From a virus: a stretch of 64,000 bases of DNA. The stretch lies in the IMG/VR virus record IMGVR_UViG_3300005662_000024. One strand, 5' to 3'. The notes under the pieces are model-generated. The model was not told the origin of the DNA. It did no database searches and saw nothing but the letters and a program-made list of their open reading frames with translations. The position numbers and the translations under genes were made by a program. Shown here in pieces: positions 1 to 13,547 of the stretch (positions are counted from its first letter, which is position 1; the number at the start of each line of letters is the position of its first letter).

Positions 1-1
1 A

Positions 2-1534
2 TTACCTGCAAATAGTAAGTACGCAGCCTTAACCATTCAAACCACTTTTGGTCAAGCTATTAGAGGTACATTTGGAAATATATCTAAACGCGAAATAATG
101 TTAAGAAGGTCTTCCGAAATAGATGCATTTTATTACAGAAGAGAGCAATCAGTTCTTCCAACTTCTGTAACTGAAGTAGCAGAGAGAATAGTGGAAGATT
201 TTAAAGCTGATTTTGATTCAATAGAAAACTTTGCAAAAACACAAAGACAAGATCTAGGAGAACTTACTCAACAAGCTGAAGCAAGACAGTCTTTGGCTAA
301 AATAAAATTAGCACAAAAATATAAAGAAGAAATACAAAATTCAGTTCAAGAACTTCAAAGAATGGGATTCTCAAATATTGAAGATTTAGACTTAGCTGAC
401 GCAATAGCATACGTTGGAAGAGTTAAAAAGGTTGGTAGATCTTCTCTAGAAGACTTTATGGGAGTAGAAGATCCAAGATCTCAAGGTTATATTAGTCAGC
501 TATTTTCAAATGCACAGCTAAGAAGAGACTACTTTATGCTTAGCTCTAGCCCTGATTTTAAGGCAAGTGAATCATATAAACTTCAACAAGTTATGGATAG
601 AGCTTTAGGAAGAGTTTCTCAAAATCAAATGACAAAACTTGAAGAATCATTTACTGATGTACAGGAAATATTTAAATTCCTACAAAGAATATCCGAAAAA
701 CCTTCTAGTATAAGAAGGCAAGGGGTAGCAGGAGCAACGTTAAATGAATTAGTTGATGGAATAATGACTGTAGAAGATTTTCATAGACTAGTAGGAAAAA
801 AGAAAAATACAGTTGGAGCATTTGCCGATCAAGATTTTGGTTATCTAAGATTAACAAACGTTGGTAGATCAGTAAATGGTGGATATCAGAAAATGTATGA
901 CGATATCATAGAAATGAGTACAGCATCTGAAGTTGATATGTTTGAAAATGATATAAGATATGCGCAAGGTATAATGAGTGACTTAAGTACAGTTTATCAA
1001 GCTAGAGCAAAAGGACTAGAGACAAGATATATGACATCTTCTGGGGATGTAGTATTGCCTAGACTTAGTATACCTGGAGGAGGGTCAAACGCAGCTCAAG
1101 TTATATCTGGACAAAAATATAAAAGGCTTTCTACTTTAATAGAAGATGGAACAATTCAAAAATTGATGGACAGACCTTACATTAAGGGAAGCGCTATTGG
1201 TGTAGCTAGCTTTGCAGCCTTTGGTTTAATTTATTCAGCAATGAAAGACAGAACTCCAGAAGATATGCAAGGTCCACCACTTCTTCCAGGAGGAAGTGCG
1301 TATGAAACAGCTTATCCAGGAAATAGTTTAAATCTTCCTATACCAGAATACTTATTAGGTTCTAGTGGAAATGGCGTTACATATAAAGTAAATGCTTCTG
1401 GTAGCTCCGAAAATGCAAGAAGATTTGGTGAAGCAGCTAGGGGTGTTTCTTCTGGTTCTTCTTCTATTAATTATTATGATAATATAAGAAATATCTCAAC
1501 AGACCCATACAAGCAGATGGGTGAGTCTTACTAA
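2..1534 (+). CDS. C-terminal part of a large virion protein (possibly tape-measure-like); 5' end lies outside the window
   Basis: The frame of ORF 98..1534 is open back to base 2. Helical, charged sequence with one hydrophobic stretch, directly upstream of the tail/baseplate genes. Confidence 0.45.
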   Translation, partial: LPANSKYAALTIQTTFGQAIRGTFGNISKREIMLRRSSEIDAFYYRREQSVLPTSVTEVAERIVEDFKADFDSIENFAKTQRQDLGELTQQAEARQSLAKIKLAQKYKEEIQNSVQELQRMGFSNIEDLDLADAIAYVGRVKKVGRSSLEDFMGVEDPRSQGYISQLFSNAQLRRDYFMLSSSPDFKASESYKLQQVMDRALGRVSQNQMTKLEESFTDVQEIFKFLQRISEKPSSIRRQGVAGATLNELVDGIMTVEDFHRLVGKKKNTVGAFADQDFGYLRLTNVGRSVNGGYQKMYDDIIEMSTASEVDMFENDIRYAQGIMSDLSTVYQARAKGLETRYMTSSGDVVLPRLSIPGGGSNAAQVISGQKYKRLSTLIEDGTIQKLMDRPYIKGSAIGVASFAAFGLIYSAMKDRTPEDMQGPPLLPGGSAYETAYPGNSLNLPIPEYLLGSSGNGVTYKVNASGSSENARRFGEAARGVSSGSSSINYYDNIRNISTDPYKQMGESY

Positions 1535-1542
1535 GGATACAA

Positions 1543-2004
1543 ATGCGTGATATAGTTTCTCAAAACAAAGAACTCTCTGCTGCAGGAAAAACCCCAAAAG
1601 ATACTAGCCCTAGAGTAGATAAAGCATTAAATGATTCAGCTTCTGTGTCTTCTTCTAAGAATCCACAAAGTGATCTTTCTATTAATAAAGCAAAGATAGC
1701 AGAATCTACCGCAAGAATAACAAAAGCAAAACCCTCATATGAAGGGTACATGAACTCTCCATCTGCTCACATATCAATGAATAATTCTGGATATTTGAAT
1801 ACAAGAGTTCAAAAAGCTAGATATAAAGAAAAACCAATACAAAAATTTGTTGAAAATAAAAATAATTTACTTGGGTCCTTTAATAATCAACAGAATTCTG
1901 CTATAATTAATAGGCATGTAGGTTATAATTCCGGTTCTCTTTTTGAAGAAAATTCTTCAAGTCAAAGGATAGCTGGAATTATTAATAATAATAATTTAAT
2001 TTAA
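1543..2004 (+). CDS. hypothetical protein (153 aa)
   Basis: ORF with AAGGA RBS, tightly packed; no motif recognised. Confidence 0.6.
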   Translation: MRDIVSQNKELSAAGKTPKDTSPRVDKALNDSASVSSSKNPQSDLSINKAKIAESTARITKAKPSYEGYMNSPSAHISMNNSGYLNTRVQKARYKEKPIQKFVENKNNLLGSFNNQQNSAIINRHVGYNSGSLFEENSSSQRIAGIINNNNLI

Positions 2005-2012
2005 AGGTAAAA

Positions 2013-5000
2013 ATGGCTAATAACGATAGAGTTACGCAACAGCAACTGTTAAATTATTTATCAAGTTTTTGGGCGAGTGCGCAACAATCAATAAAAGTAG
2101 AGGGTGAGATAATACGTCCTCTGCAGGAAATACTTGGTGCAGACCTATATAATTACGCAAATAAAACGCGGAGGCTCTACAAATGCTTACCAAAACGCTT
2201 CTTTTTGGGCGGGGCAACAATATTCTTACATTGCTAAAGCAAGAGCCAGTTTATTAAGTTCTGATAACGCAAGAAGTATTTTTTTTACTAGCTCGCCTTC
2301 TCCTGGGTATAGTAAACCAGATGGTTTCGGCATTTCATTCAATCCTAAAAATAGACAAATTAATTACGTAGATCAATTAAATGGTTATTCTTTAAATTTT
2401 GAAAATATAATTTCTCCAAAAGATTTTTTTGAAATTATATCACCATCTGATTTAGACTTTAATAAAAGTGAAGACATTAAAAAATATGGTTATTTATATA
2501 CAAAGTTAGTTCAAAGCGAACTTCTTAATGTTGTATTCTTTAAACCTGCAATACAAAAGTTTGCGCAAAAAAGATACACCAACAAAGACGCCTTAGAAAA
2601 TTCAGCGCTTAATGCCCTAAGTCAAGATGGGTCAGATTTAGAGTGGCTTAACATGTTAATGGTAGCCTATAACACAATAGTTAAAGACCCAATTTTGACC
2701 TATCAACTCTATCAGTACATGCCAAACCTAGCTAAATTTATTTTTGATGCCCTGGCTGCAACTGCAGATTATTCAAACAATGGAATGGGTGGATCTGAGT
2801 CTGACCCACTTAATGATCCGGTACAAATAGCATTAAGAATGTTTAAATCATTTGGTTTAGATAAAGATGGAGAGCCAGTATTTAAACCAGCTTGGACCTT
2901 GGTTAACACTGGTATAAGAATACAAAAAGCCCTAGAGCAATTTCCTTTTAGGGCAAATATACCACCAAGAACACCTGATATATTTCACCTTAGAATAGGC
3001 GCATCAAACTTTTATGTTCCACCTGTATCAATAAATGTTGATTCTAATTTTAGAACTGGAAGCTTAACAGGTGGAGCGATCAGACAAAAGAATACTCCAA
3101 AATTTAACACTGGCTATAAAGATACAACAATATCTCTAAGACTGTACTTTCCAAATTATGAAGAAATTTGGGGAGTATCGATTATAGATGCAGGCAGCAT
3201 AGATCTAACAAAAGATAATTTTAATATAGACTTTAGTAGTGATACGGAAGAAAAAATAGATAAATTTCTTTCTTCTTTACGAGGTTTAATTGCAACCTTT
3301 AAGTCATCTCCAATTATACCAATTAAAAATGATTACATAAATAGGGTTCATGGAATAACTGGCGTGGGCTTAGCTAATATGTCTATTTCTACAATTCCAA
3401 GTTTTCCATTCTGCTTAGTAGTAGATTTGGAAATGAACGCTTTTAATCATAAACCATTTCTTCCTATGATTAAAGATTTTAATCAAGCTGTTCATTGGGG
3501 TAAGTATAGACATTACATTGGTAGGGCAGCGCAAGAATTAGATAGGTATGTAAATAACCAGTTCTTGATTAAGAAACAAAATGAAACTGACTCTACGGGT
3601 TATAAAGAAGTTACTCTTCCGAACATGGACTTATCAGAAGAAAATGCAATAGTAAGAAACGCTCTTTCGTCAACTACTGATGGTCAAGCCGTAGAAAAGT
3701 CTTCCGTAAATAATAGTATAGACGAAAGCACTTTTAGTACGGTAACAGTAAATCCTTATTCCGATTGGAAAAATGGCAATAATATAGAAATATATATGCC
3801 TGAGAGAGTTCAAAGTAAGATATTTACGCCAGATACTTCTACTTTTAGAACTAACCAAGAAAGACTCTTAACGGATACTGGAAGAGATATTTGGGGATCA
3901 ATATTAAATATTATTGGAATAGACGTAAACGAATCTGCTGGATATGGAAGGTCTCTTGATTCTGTAGTTAATACTACTTTAGATAGAGTTTATAGCCCAA
4001 CTTTAAAAAGAAAAGTAAACACCGCACTAGATCTACTTCTTGCAGGTAGGGGATCTGATGGTATTAATGCAAAAGTGTATGATTATTTAGTTAATGTATA
4101 CATTCTTAATAATCCAACAATTTTTAATCTTGCAAATGGAGTTGAGTATCTAAAGAAGCAAACAGAAGAACGTCCATCTAACAATTACACTTATCCAATT
4201 CCAGGAAAAGATAAGGCAACCTTTCCAGAAATAAGAGCATATTTAGATTATGAAGCAAACAACGAAAAAGGTGTTCTTAATTTACTTCTACAAGAAATTG
4301 TGGAAGAAAAAATGGCAGATAAAACCTTAAAGATATCTAGAGAAGAAGCAGAAAAACAAGCAAAAGAAGAACTAACAGATTCATTCAATAAAACCTTATA
4401 TGAAAGATTTTTTATAGCTGGTCCAATAAAAGACTATATAGACGCAGCGCAACAAAAAGCTGGATCAATCTCATTTAATGAGTGGGAAGTTCCAATGATT
4501 AAAGTTGATCTTAATCCAAAAAACGTAATTGTTGATGGAGTAAGTCTAACAATGGGAAACAACTTAGTTAGACTTCAAGTTCAAATGCAGGACGAACCAA
4601 CGTATCAACATGTTGGAGGAAAAGATACATACATAAGTATGTCAATGACTATTTTTGGTGAAGAAGATTTAATAAAAATTAGAAATATATTTGAACATAT
4701 TAATGGCTTGGCAAGACTGGAACATGCAGCCGGAGTAATAGGTTTCTTAGGAATTAAAAATATTATATCTGCGTTAGCTGGAGTAAAGTATGTTCTTCCT
4801 CTTAGATATAATGTCGACACAATACCAAACTTTCCGCATGTATATAAAGTTCAATTGACTTTAGTTGACTTTGATATTTTTCAACAAAAAAGAGAAAAAC
4901 TTTCCAGTAAACAACAAGAGCAGTTTGTTAATGAGTTCGGAACAAAAAAGAATCCATTCCTTAGAATAAAACAACTATGGGGAAGCTTTAATTCATATCC

Positions 5001-8000
5001 AGATCTTCCATTGGAAGTTTACGATAAGGATGGAAATGTTGTTGGTTGTTTGGATCCTGATTATTATTTCAGAGGATTTGAAATGATGGATAGGGATGTA
5101 ATCAACAACCAATCAATACAGGAGTCTGCAAGACTTACAGCTTCTTTCTCTTCTGAAAAAGAAGATAGTAGGCCGTCTTCAGAGAAAATAAAAGAAGATG
5201 AAAAATATATCATTCAAATAGTTGACTTCTTAAAAGCTGGGTTAATGAGCGAATTAAGTGTTTGGGCTGAATCTAATCAGTTAACTCCAAGTAGACTTTA
5301 TTCCTTAATACAAAAGACAATACAAAAATATAATAATTTAAATGAAAGTTTATTATTAGACTATGTAAATTCTTTAACGTTTGAAGATAAAATATATATA
5401 TTTACGGACACAAATTTTTCGGTTCCGATGGGAGAATTTAGGGTAGGAGAAGTAACTTCCGGAACAAAAGAGATCTTAGAAAAAACACTCCATGAAGTAT
5501 TAAACCAATCAACATCTGAAGAAAAATGGGTAAGCATAAATCCAGATAATCTTACCGAGAATGTAGACAATTCAGATGGTGAACTTTTAGACTATTTTCA
5601 TGGAATAGTCTATGCAATTCCAGCTATGGAAAAGGGTTACGATACAAACATACCCGCAATGATGCAAACGGCCCTGGGTTATAATTTTGGATACATAAAT
5701 AGAAATGATGGAAGATTTTATCTTCAAAATAATGGATTTAATGTAAAAGAAACAAAAGATGAAAAAGGTAATATAAATAAAAATATATCTTTTATAAAAG
5801 TTTCAGATACTCAAACTCCTGATAATCAAGTAAACCAAGCTCATATGGCAGATGTTGGAACAAAGGCGCTTTCAGAGTATCAGTACGCCTACTCTTCTGG
5901 TGGTAGAGAATCAGAGTCAATAGGACCTAATAAGGGTGATCAATTTTCTGTAACAAAACATTGGGAAAAAATGTTAGTAGATACCTCTTACAGAGATATA
6001 TCTGGAAGAATGATTAGAGCATACCCAACATATATGTTGTGGCTCATAGATGAGGGTGGACTTAGGTATTTTGGAACTAAACTTTTCGATAACTTTTATG
6101 GACTTCAATCAATAATAGATTTTTCAATTGTTCAATCAGAAGACATATTAGGCGACACTTTAATATTTAGAGTATCTAATATGTACTCTAAGTTAAGTAG
6201 ACCAGAAACTAGTAGAATTTTTGAACCAGGAAATCAAACTGGAACAAATAATTTTAATATGACTGAAGGAATCAGTACAATTATAGACACTTTGTTAAAT
6301 AGGCAAAGAAACTTTCAAGCACATTTTAACAGTAAGTATGTTGTTGACATAGAAAATATAAGACTAAAACCTGGTGTTAGAGTCCACCTAAAAGGTGGAT
6401 ATGGATCTAATCCAAATTCTCTTCAAACTCTTTTCAATGGAATGATTACAAATGTTGAAATGGGAGAAATAGTTACAGTTACATGCCAATCAGATGCCAT
6501 AGAATTAAGTCCAATAATAAACTCTGCGAACAAAAAAGGTGATAGCGGAAAGATAGATGGAGGCATTAATACTGGAATGTTTCTTTCTGAGCCTAGAGAC
6601 TTAATGGTTAAATTACTCTCTATGGGAACCTCTAGATTTAGAGAAGCATTTGCACACGCTACAAGAGGAACTGTTTTTTCTGAAAATAAATTTGGAATAA
6701 GACATTTTGGTTCTATCCTTTATGAGCCATTAAATGAAGTTGAATCACAGAAAAATGCAGCTGTAAAACAAGCATTCAAAAATGCAATAGATGCCGTAAG
6801 TGATGATTCATTTGGTGTTTCAACATTAATAAAAGGGGCTTGGAATCAATCACTTGGATCTTATGATGGTGTAGACATAGCTGCAATAGGAGCAGCAACT
6901 GCAGTTGGTGCGGTTACTGGCGGTCTTGGCGTCGGAGCCCTTGCTGGAACAGCAGGTGGATTATTAAGAACTCCAATTGTTGGTCATATGAGAACTTTAA
7001 TGGCTAATCTTTCAACTCAAAGAGATTATGAAATATTCAAAAGAAATATTTACCCAGGAAATGGACTAGGTGTATCGCAGTTCTTGGGTGGAGACTTAGA
7101 CTCAGGCTGGTCAACAGCAGCTACTGCTAGTTTTGATGAATTCGATAAACTTGGAGAAGATAGAAAAGCGTATCTAAGAAGACTAGGTGACGCTTCTTGG
7201 GATTTTGCTATACAAAGAAACAATCCAATAGTTGATGGAATAGCAGAAGCTAACAATAGAAGTATATACAATAGCAGTGGAATAGTAGGATCTGCTCAGG
7301 CGCTTTCTGTTGCAGCTAGCGCAGCAGGAGCTGGCTTAATAGCCGTTGGTATGCCGGTTGTTGGCTCCGCAATGCTCGGTGCAGGTTTATTGGGGGCTGC
7401 CAACGGAAGATCAACAGGAGCTATATTCGAGACTATGGGATTATTATCATCATTAGATGATGATCTACCTGGATTTGATGAAGTTTCCTTTAGGGCTCAA
7501 ACTTACATGAGAAGTGTTTGGGACATGTTTCAGCTTTGTGCAAGACTTCTTCCTAACTACATTGTAGCAATAAGACCATTTGAAGATAGATCTACTGTTT
7601 TCTACGGAAAACCGCACTGGCTATATACATCTGGCGTGGTTCCAATTTCAACTGGATTTGTTAGCGAAGAATCTGCAGTAAAAGCAGGCCAAAAATATAA
7701 TGGACCGCAAAGAATAAATAAAGATACAGATCTAGTTGAGCTTTTAGATACAATCAATAAAGCTTCAAATCCAATGTCGGATGCAACAGCTTTTGCTAAA
7801 AGCTTTGAACCACTTAGTACAGCAAAAGAAACTGTTAGCAAAATATACAATGGACAAGAAGAGTATGCACCAGTTGCGTATATAAAAGATAAGTATAATA
7901 GTAAATTAATTAATTTCCAAGATCCTAGAAGAATGTTCTTTCATAAAGATGGAAAAATTTCTGCAAGACTTCCCTTAAATAAGGGCATAGTTTCAGTTGG

Positions 8001-11000
8001 TTTCCATCTTCCTTTTGGAAAAGAAACACTAAGCGAAATGAATATTGGCGATATAGCGGATAGTCATAAGCAAATACCTCAACTTCCATATAGATATCAA
8101 TTTCCTTATTTTACTGATAGAAAAACTTCTTCTTTTGATGGAATTCATAGTGGTTACATATTTAATAAAAATACAGCCAACTTAATATCATTTGATGATG
8201 ATATATTTACTCGCATTTCTAATGGAGAAAGTCCAGAACTTCCAACTGACAAAAAAACAACTAACTGGCAAGGAGGATATAATTATTTCCTTTTGTTAGC
8301 AGCTGAGTTTAAAGCTTTAAAGTCAGGTTATGGATTAGTAGATTCTCCAAGTTCAGAATATTCAAACCTGAAAGAAGAAATATCATTTAAATTTAGACAA
8401 GATGTTTTTCAATTTACTAAAGAAACTTTAACTGAAATAGATAATCAAAATTTGTCTTTTAATAATATATTTTATAATACTGCTTTTATGGACACAAACT
8501 CAACAGAAGCTAACTTTCAAATAGTTAGAATGCCATACCCAACATATAACACAATAAATACGCAAAAATGGACTACTAGTTTTGATGCTGTAGACGCAAG
8601 TAATCCAACTCAAAACTTTCTTGGAGAGATAAATCCAACAAACGATGGGACAAATAATGCAGAATTTGCTATTGCAGATAAGTTTGAATTAAATGCTGGA
8701 ATAGTGCAAAATTTAGCAAATAGTACAAATTCTATATATTCAGAATGGGGAATGCCCGCATCCGCTGAAGATGAACAATGGTACATTGCAATGAAATGGC
8801 CATATAAACCAAAATGGTTAGAAGATCCAACTATTAAATCTGCATTTATAAATCAATATGGAAATGAAAAAACTGGATTAATGCCGCCAGGAGCCACTGT
8901 CGGCGATATTAATACATGGAATCTATACGGAGATGCTTCCGACTATAAGCAAAGAAAAGTATTAGTTTACAGTCCTACAACAAATACAGCAGTATGTTGT
9001 AGGCCAGCATATTTTTTATGGGGCGAAACAAAAGATCAAATATACAATAACAAAAGCATGTCAAGTATTGACCCTAATGCTGTAGACGGAGGAAATGGAA
9101 ATCCATTTATAGATGCGGTTGTTTCTCCAGACGCAGCATATCATTTAGGCATATTAAACACATATGGATTAGTTTCTGCAGAAGGTAATGACTATGTAAA
9201 CTATGGGTTTGAAATGCAATGGTCAAGTGATAATACAATAAAAACAAAACTGTATAAATCTTTGGCAAAATTGGTTTATGACGACGAAAACTATGACTTT
9301 TATTCAGAAGATCAATCTTCAGAATATAACAAGTATATGGGAATGTCGGTAGCTCCATACGCAAGGTCTTGTTATTTTACATTTGTTGAAGATGATTTTC
9401 CATTGGGAGTAATTCCTAGTAGTATCGTAAAATCAAGATACTATGATCTTGAGGAAACTAATAATTCTCAAAACAAATGGACAGCTGGCGAAAATTATAT
9501 AATAGGATTTGGTTCTCCTGAAGATAATGTTCTTAAGGCAACATACAATGGAGGAAACGACGCAGGAAAGTTCGATAATTTCAATAAGCCAAAAGAAGCA
9601 AATGAAATATATAGATCTTTTGGATATTTAGCTGATGTACTGGAAAATCCAGAGTCTATGATTAAAGATAACTCTGCCATAACTGGAGTTATGTTTAAGC
9701 CTTCTTCTGGTCAAATACAATTTAGATCACAAGAAGAAGCAAAAATAGATGCGATCATTGGAGGAAACTGGATAGGTTGGTACAATGCAATCACATCAGA
9801 TCAATCCGAAGCTTTAAATACTTTAAATAAATCAGAACTATATAAAGTGCTAGATAAAGAAACTAGAACATTTAAGGATAATGATGATTCAGATTCTGGT
9901 AGAGCAACATTTAAAGATGTTTATGATGAATCGGATGTTATAGTGTCAATGGAAGCTAGAAGAAATTATGATGAAGACTATGATCCAACAGTAACAGTAA
10001 TAGCCGGAAATGGTAGAACTCTCGCAGAGGCTAGAGAAATATGGGACTTCTTTAGGGTAAATTTCCATGACGATAAAATGGTTAAATCTTTATTCTACTC
10101 TGCTTTTGGTCTTAACCCAGATGACAATGAAGAATTACCAGACTTTATTATTAATTTGATAATGGATGATAAGAAAAATCTAAATAATCCAATTTTTGAG
10201 AGATATACATTAAAGCAAAAAACACTACCAAAAGGTGGGGAATATACTGTAAAAGACGACGCTACTGATGATTTTGAAATTCTATTAGGGGAAGATTATA
10301 TTTCTGGAGAAAGAAAAATAATAGTTCCAAAATCTGGTGAGCAGACAATAAATGTCGATAAGTCCCTTATGAAAGAAGCAATTAATTACAGCGCCGAAAA
10401 GTTTTTAGACTATAGAACAACAAACGAGAGCTCAGAAAAAGAAGTTCCAGGTTTATTTCAAGACCTAGATACTGCACTATTAATGAAGTTTGCTAAGCTT
10501 ACTTCTCTTTTAAGATTCCTAATAGAAACCAACGCAAACAAAGACAACGCCTTGTCAAGCACTAATACTACTGAATTAAATATTATATCTTTACAGAGTA
10601 GCCTAGGAATATCTAATGCAGACGAACAAACAAGAAAACAAATACTATCAAAGATAAATAGTCCCAGAAAACTGTACCTACTAATAATAGGTTGGTTTAG
10701 GCAAGCACTATGGTCAGACGCCTATTCAAGGGCGTGGTTAGTACTTAAGCCAAATAGAAGACTTAAGCATTATTCATCTAACCCGCTCCTTCCTGGGGAC
10801 TTTGGAAATGGCGGTTTAGAAAGAGCAGATGGAAAGTGGGACTTTTCTCCAATTTATAAAGCTTGGCAGGCTTTTATTGATCCAAACTCAGACTATGCTA
10901 AGGACATGGAGCAATTTAAAAAATTCTTAGTTGCTAATGCTAAAGAAGGAGATAGTGCAACAAGTTGGTTTAGTGCAGCATTTGAGGACACTAAAGATTT

Positions 11001-13545
11001 TTGGGATAGAAATGTTGGAATATACTTTACAGCTATATCAGATGGCCTAAGCGGATTACTTAATATGTTCCAACTTTCTATGGCTCAAATGGGTTATGGT
11101 TTAGCTGAGGTTGATAATCTAAATAAACAAGCTAATGTTTTAAATAAGTATTTAAATGACTCTATATATTACTCAATAGGAAATGAAGGAACACTATTAA
11201 GGGCAGTTGATAATCCATTCACAAGAGAGTATGGAGAACCAGTAGTAGAAGTACGAGAGCCGTTTCAAAGAATACATTATTTAAGTTCATTCAGCCATAT
11301 TATTCAAAATAAAATACAAGAAAATATAAACGATGTTGCCACAGTTGTAACTGCAGTTTCTGATGGAAAATATCCAGTAACAGTAGCTTTAGATAAAGCT
11401 GCATCTCCAGAAAGGCAAGTTGAGAAAACTGTAGAAACTGGATTATACTTTGATAATATAAGAGGATCTGGATTCTTTGGAGTTCTTCATCCAATGTTTC
11501 ATCCATTTGAAACAGTTAGAGGAATATCCAAAATGGCGCAAGGTTCACCAGATGAACTAACAGCTAGAAGAGTAGCTTTATCTCACTTGAAAGAATCAAT
11601 AAAAGATATATATACAGGAGAGTTAATAGTAATAGGTTCTCCAGATATTAGGCCTCATGACTTGGTGTATCTAGCTGACGTGTACGAAAGAATGTATGGT
11701 ATATTTGAAGTAGAACAAGTGGTCCACCACTTTACTCCAGATTTAGGTTTTATTACTTCAATAACCCCAAATGCACTTGTCACAGTAAATGATCCAGCTA
11801 GATGGTTTATGACATCATGGTTAAATTCTTGGATGAGCTTACAAACAATAAGAAATGATACTAGATTCTTACTAGCTTCTACCAATAACGCAAGAACTGG
11901 AATAGTAACTGGAGGTCAAGTTTCAGTCGATGCCTTAACAGAAGCACTATCTGCTCAAATGCTTGGAGGGGTTCAATATACGCACGGGCATTCAGCTTTA
12001 GTAAAAGATGTCATGGCAAACTTCACCGCAAATGCAATGCCAGACGCAAGAAAGGCTTTAGCATCTCAAGCTAGGGACGGTAAACTACCAACAGATGATG
12101 GTAAAACGTTAATGGCTTCGCTTGTAACAACAGGACTAGCTACTGTAGTTGGAGCAGGGGCTGCTGCAACAGCTACTATTTTAACAGGAGGTGCAGCAGC
12201 ACCTGTGATAGCAGCTGCTGTTGTTGGAGGAGCAATTTTAAGTGACGTAGCTTGGAGCGGATGGAAGTTCATTAGAGATAACGTTTTAGATCAACATGGT
12301 TGTTATGTTCAGTATTTATCTAGAAATGGTCAACCAATGGATGCTGGTCTTTCATTTAATCAAGGAATGGTTGTTGGGAAGTATCATTCTAAGGCTCTTC
12401 TTCCAGGTTTATTAGGTGTCAATACAAGAAAGTTAGTTAGGACACCTGAAGGCTATGCATACATTAGGACAGATGACCTATTGAAAAACCTTGGTTGGAA
12501 AGAAAAAGAGATTAGCGATCTTGTAAGACATATAAGTTTTGAGAACGCATTAGTTAATGCACAAGTAATTAAATATGCAGGTATAGGTCCAGAAAAAGCT
12601 GGACTTAATCAATTCTTTAAGGTCATAGTAAAGGCATCAAGTTTTGTTGACGGCGATACAATCGATGTTGTTGATATATTAAGACCAGGAAGCGCTCCAT
12701 TCACAATAAGATTTGAGGGAATCAACACAGCTGAATTAAATAAAATTAAAGGAACAATAGTTAACGCTCAGTATGGAGGGTTTGATTCAGCAGTAATTAA
12801 TACTGATTCCGCTGGAGGTAGAGCCTTACTATATGTTATAGAATCATTAAAAGATAAAATATTTGTATTAAGAGTTGCTCCAAATGGTCAATTCTCAGCT
12901 GAAGTAACATTGAATACAGAAGTATTTGATGCAGGAGCTGCTCAAAATACTCCAGATAATTATCTTCAGGACACAAGTGTTCAAGATAATGGTTTTGGTC
13001 AAAAAACAGAAATAACATATGGAAGAACTTTGGGTACAATATTCCATAGAATACCTACATCGGAGATAGATTTAATAATATCTCAAATTAGATCTATATT
13101 TATAGATAAAAGTTCAAATATCACTCAAGTAAAGCAAGCGGTTAAAGACTCAATATATTCTGATAAAATGTTAAACGCCGGCGTGCAAGTATTGAATCAA
13201 AAATTTGACACGGCATACGCAGAAGTTGAAAAGTTAAATTCTGATAGAAATTATTTTTCTACTACTGGAGAAGAAGATCCACTGTCAAATCTTTCTGAGG
13301 ATAAAGTAAAAGTATTTAATAATTTAGTAGAAATTAAAATAATAGAATCACTTTATGCAAAAGCATCTGAGTGGCCTTTAATACTTTGGGATGAGTACTA
13401 TTCAGATGGAACACCTGCTTCTCTAAACTGGGAATTAGTAATAGCAAATCTAGCAAATGTATACACGAAATCTCTACTATATAATATGGATTCAGTTAAT
13501 CTAGATTCAGAAAATATAGGCGAACTTGGAACGATTAGGAATTAA
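2013..13545 (+). CDS. giant (~3843 aa) baseplate hub/tail-associated protein with a C-terminal thermonuclease-like domain; +1 shift at CGGA 2169-2172
   Basis: ATG 2013 with AAGG RBS. Frame 0 reads ...NKT-CGG and the +1 frame continues GGSTNAY into the 3803-aa ORF. Hub-like segment GELIVIGSPDIRPHD...FEVEQVVHHFTPDLGFITSI (~11617-11770). SNase motifs VDGDT, IRFEGINTAE and YGRTLG (~12640-13040). Confidence 0.7.
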
Positions 13546-13547
13546 AT

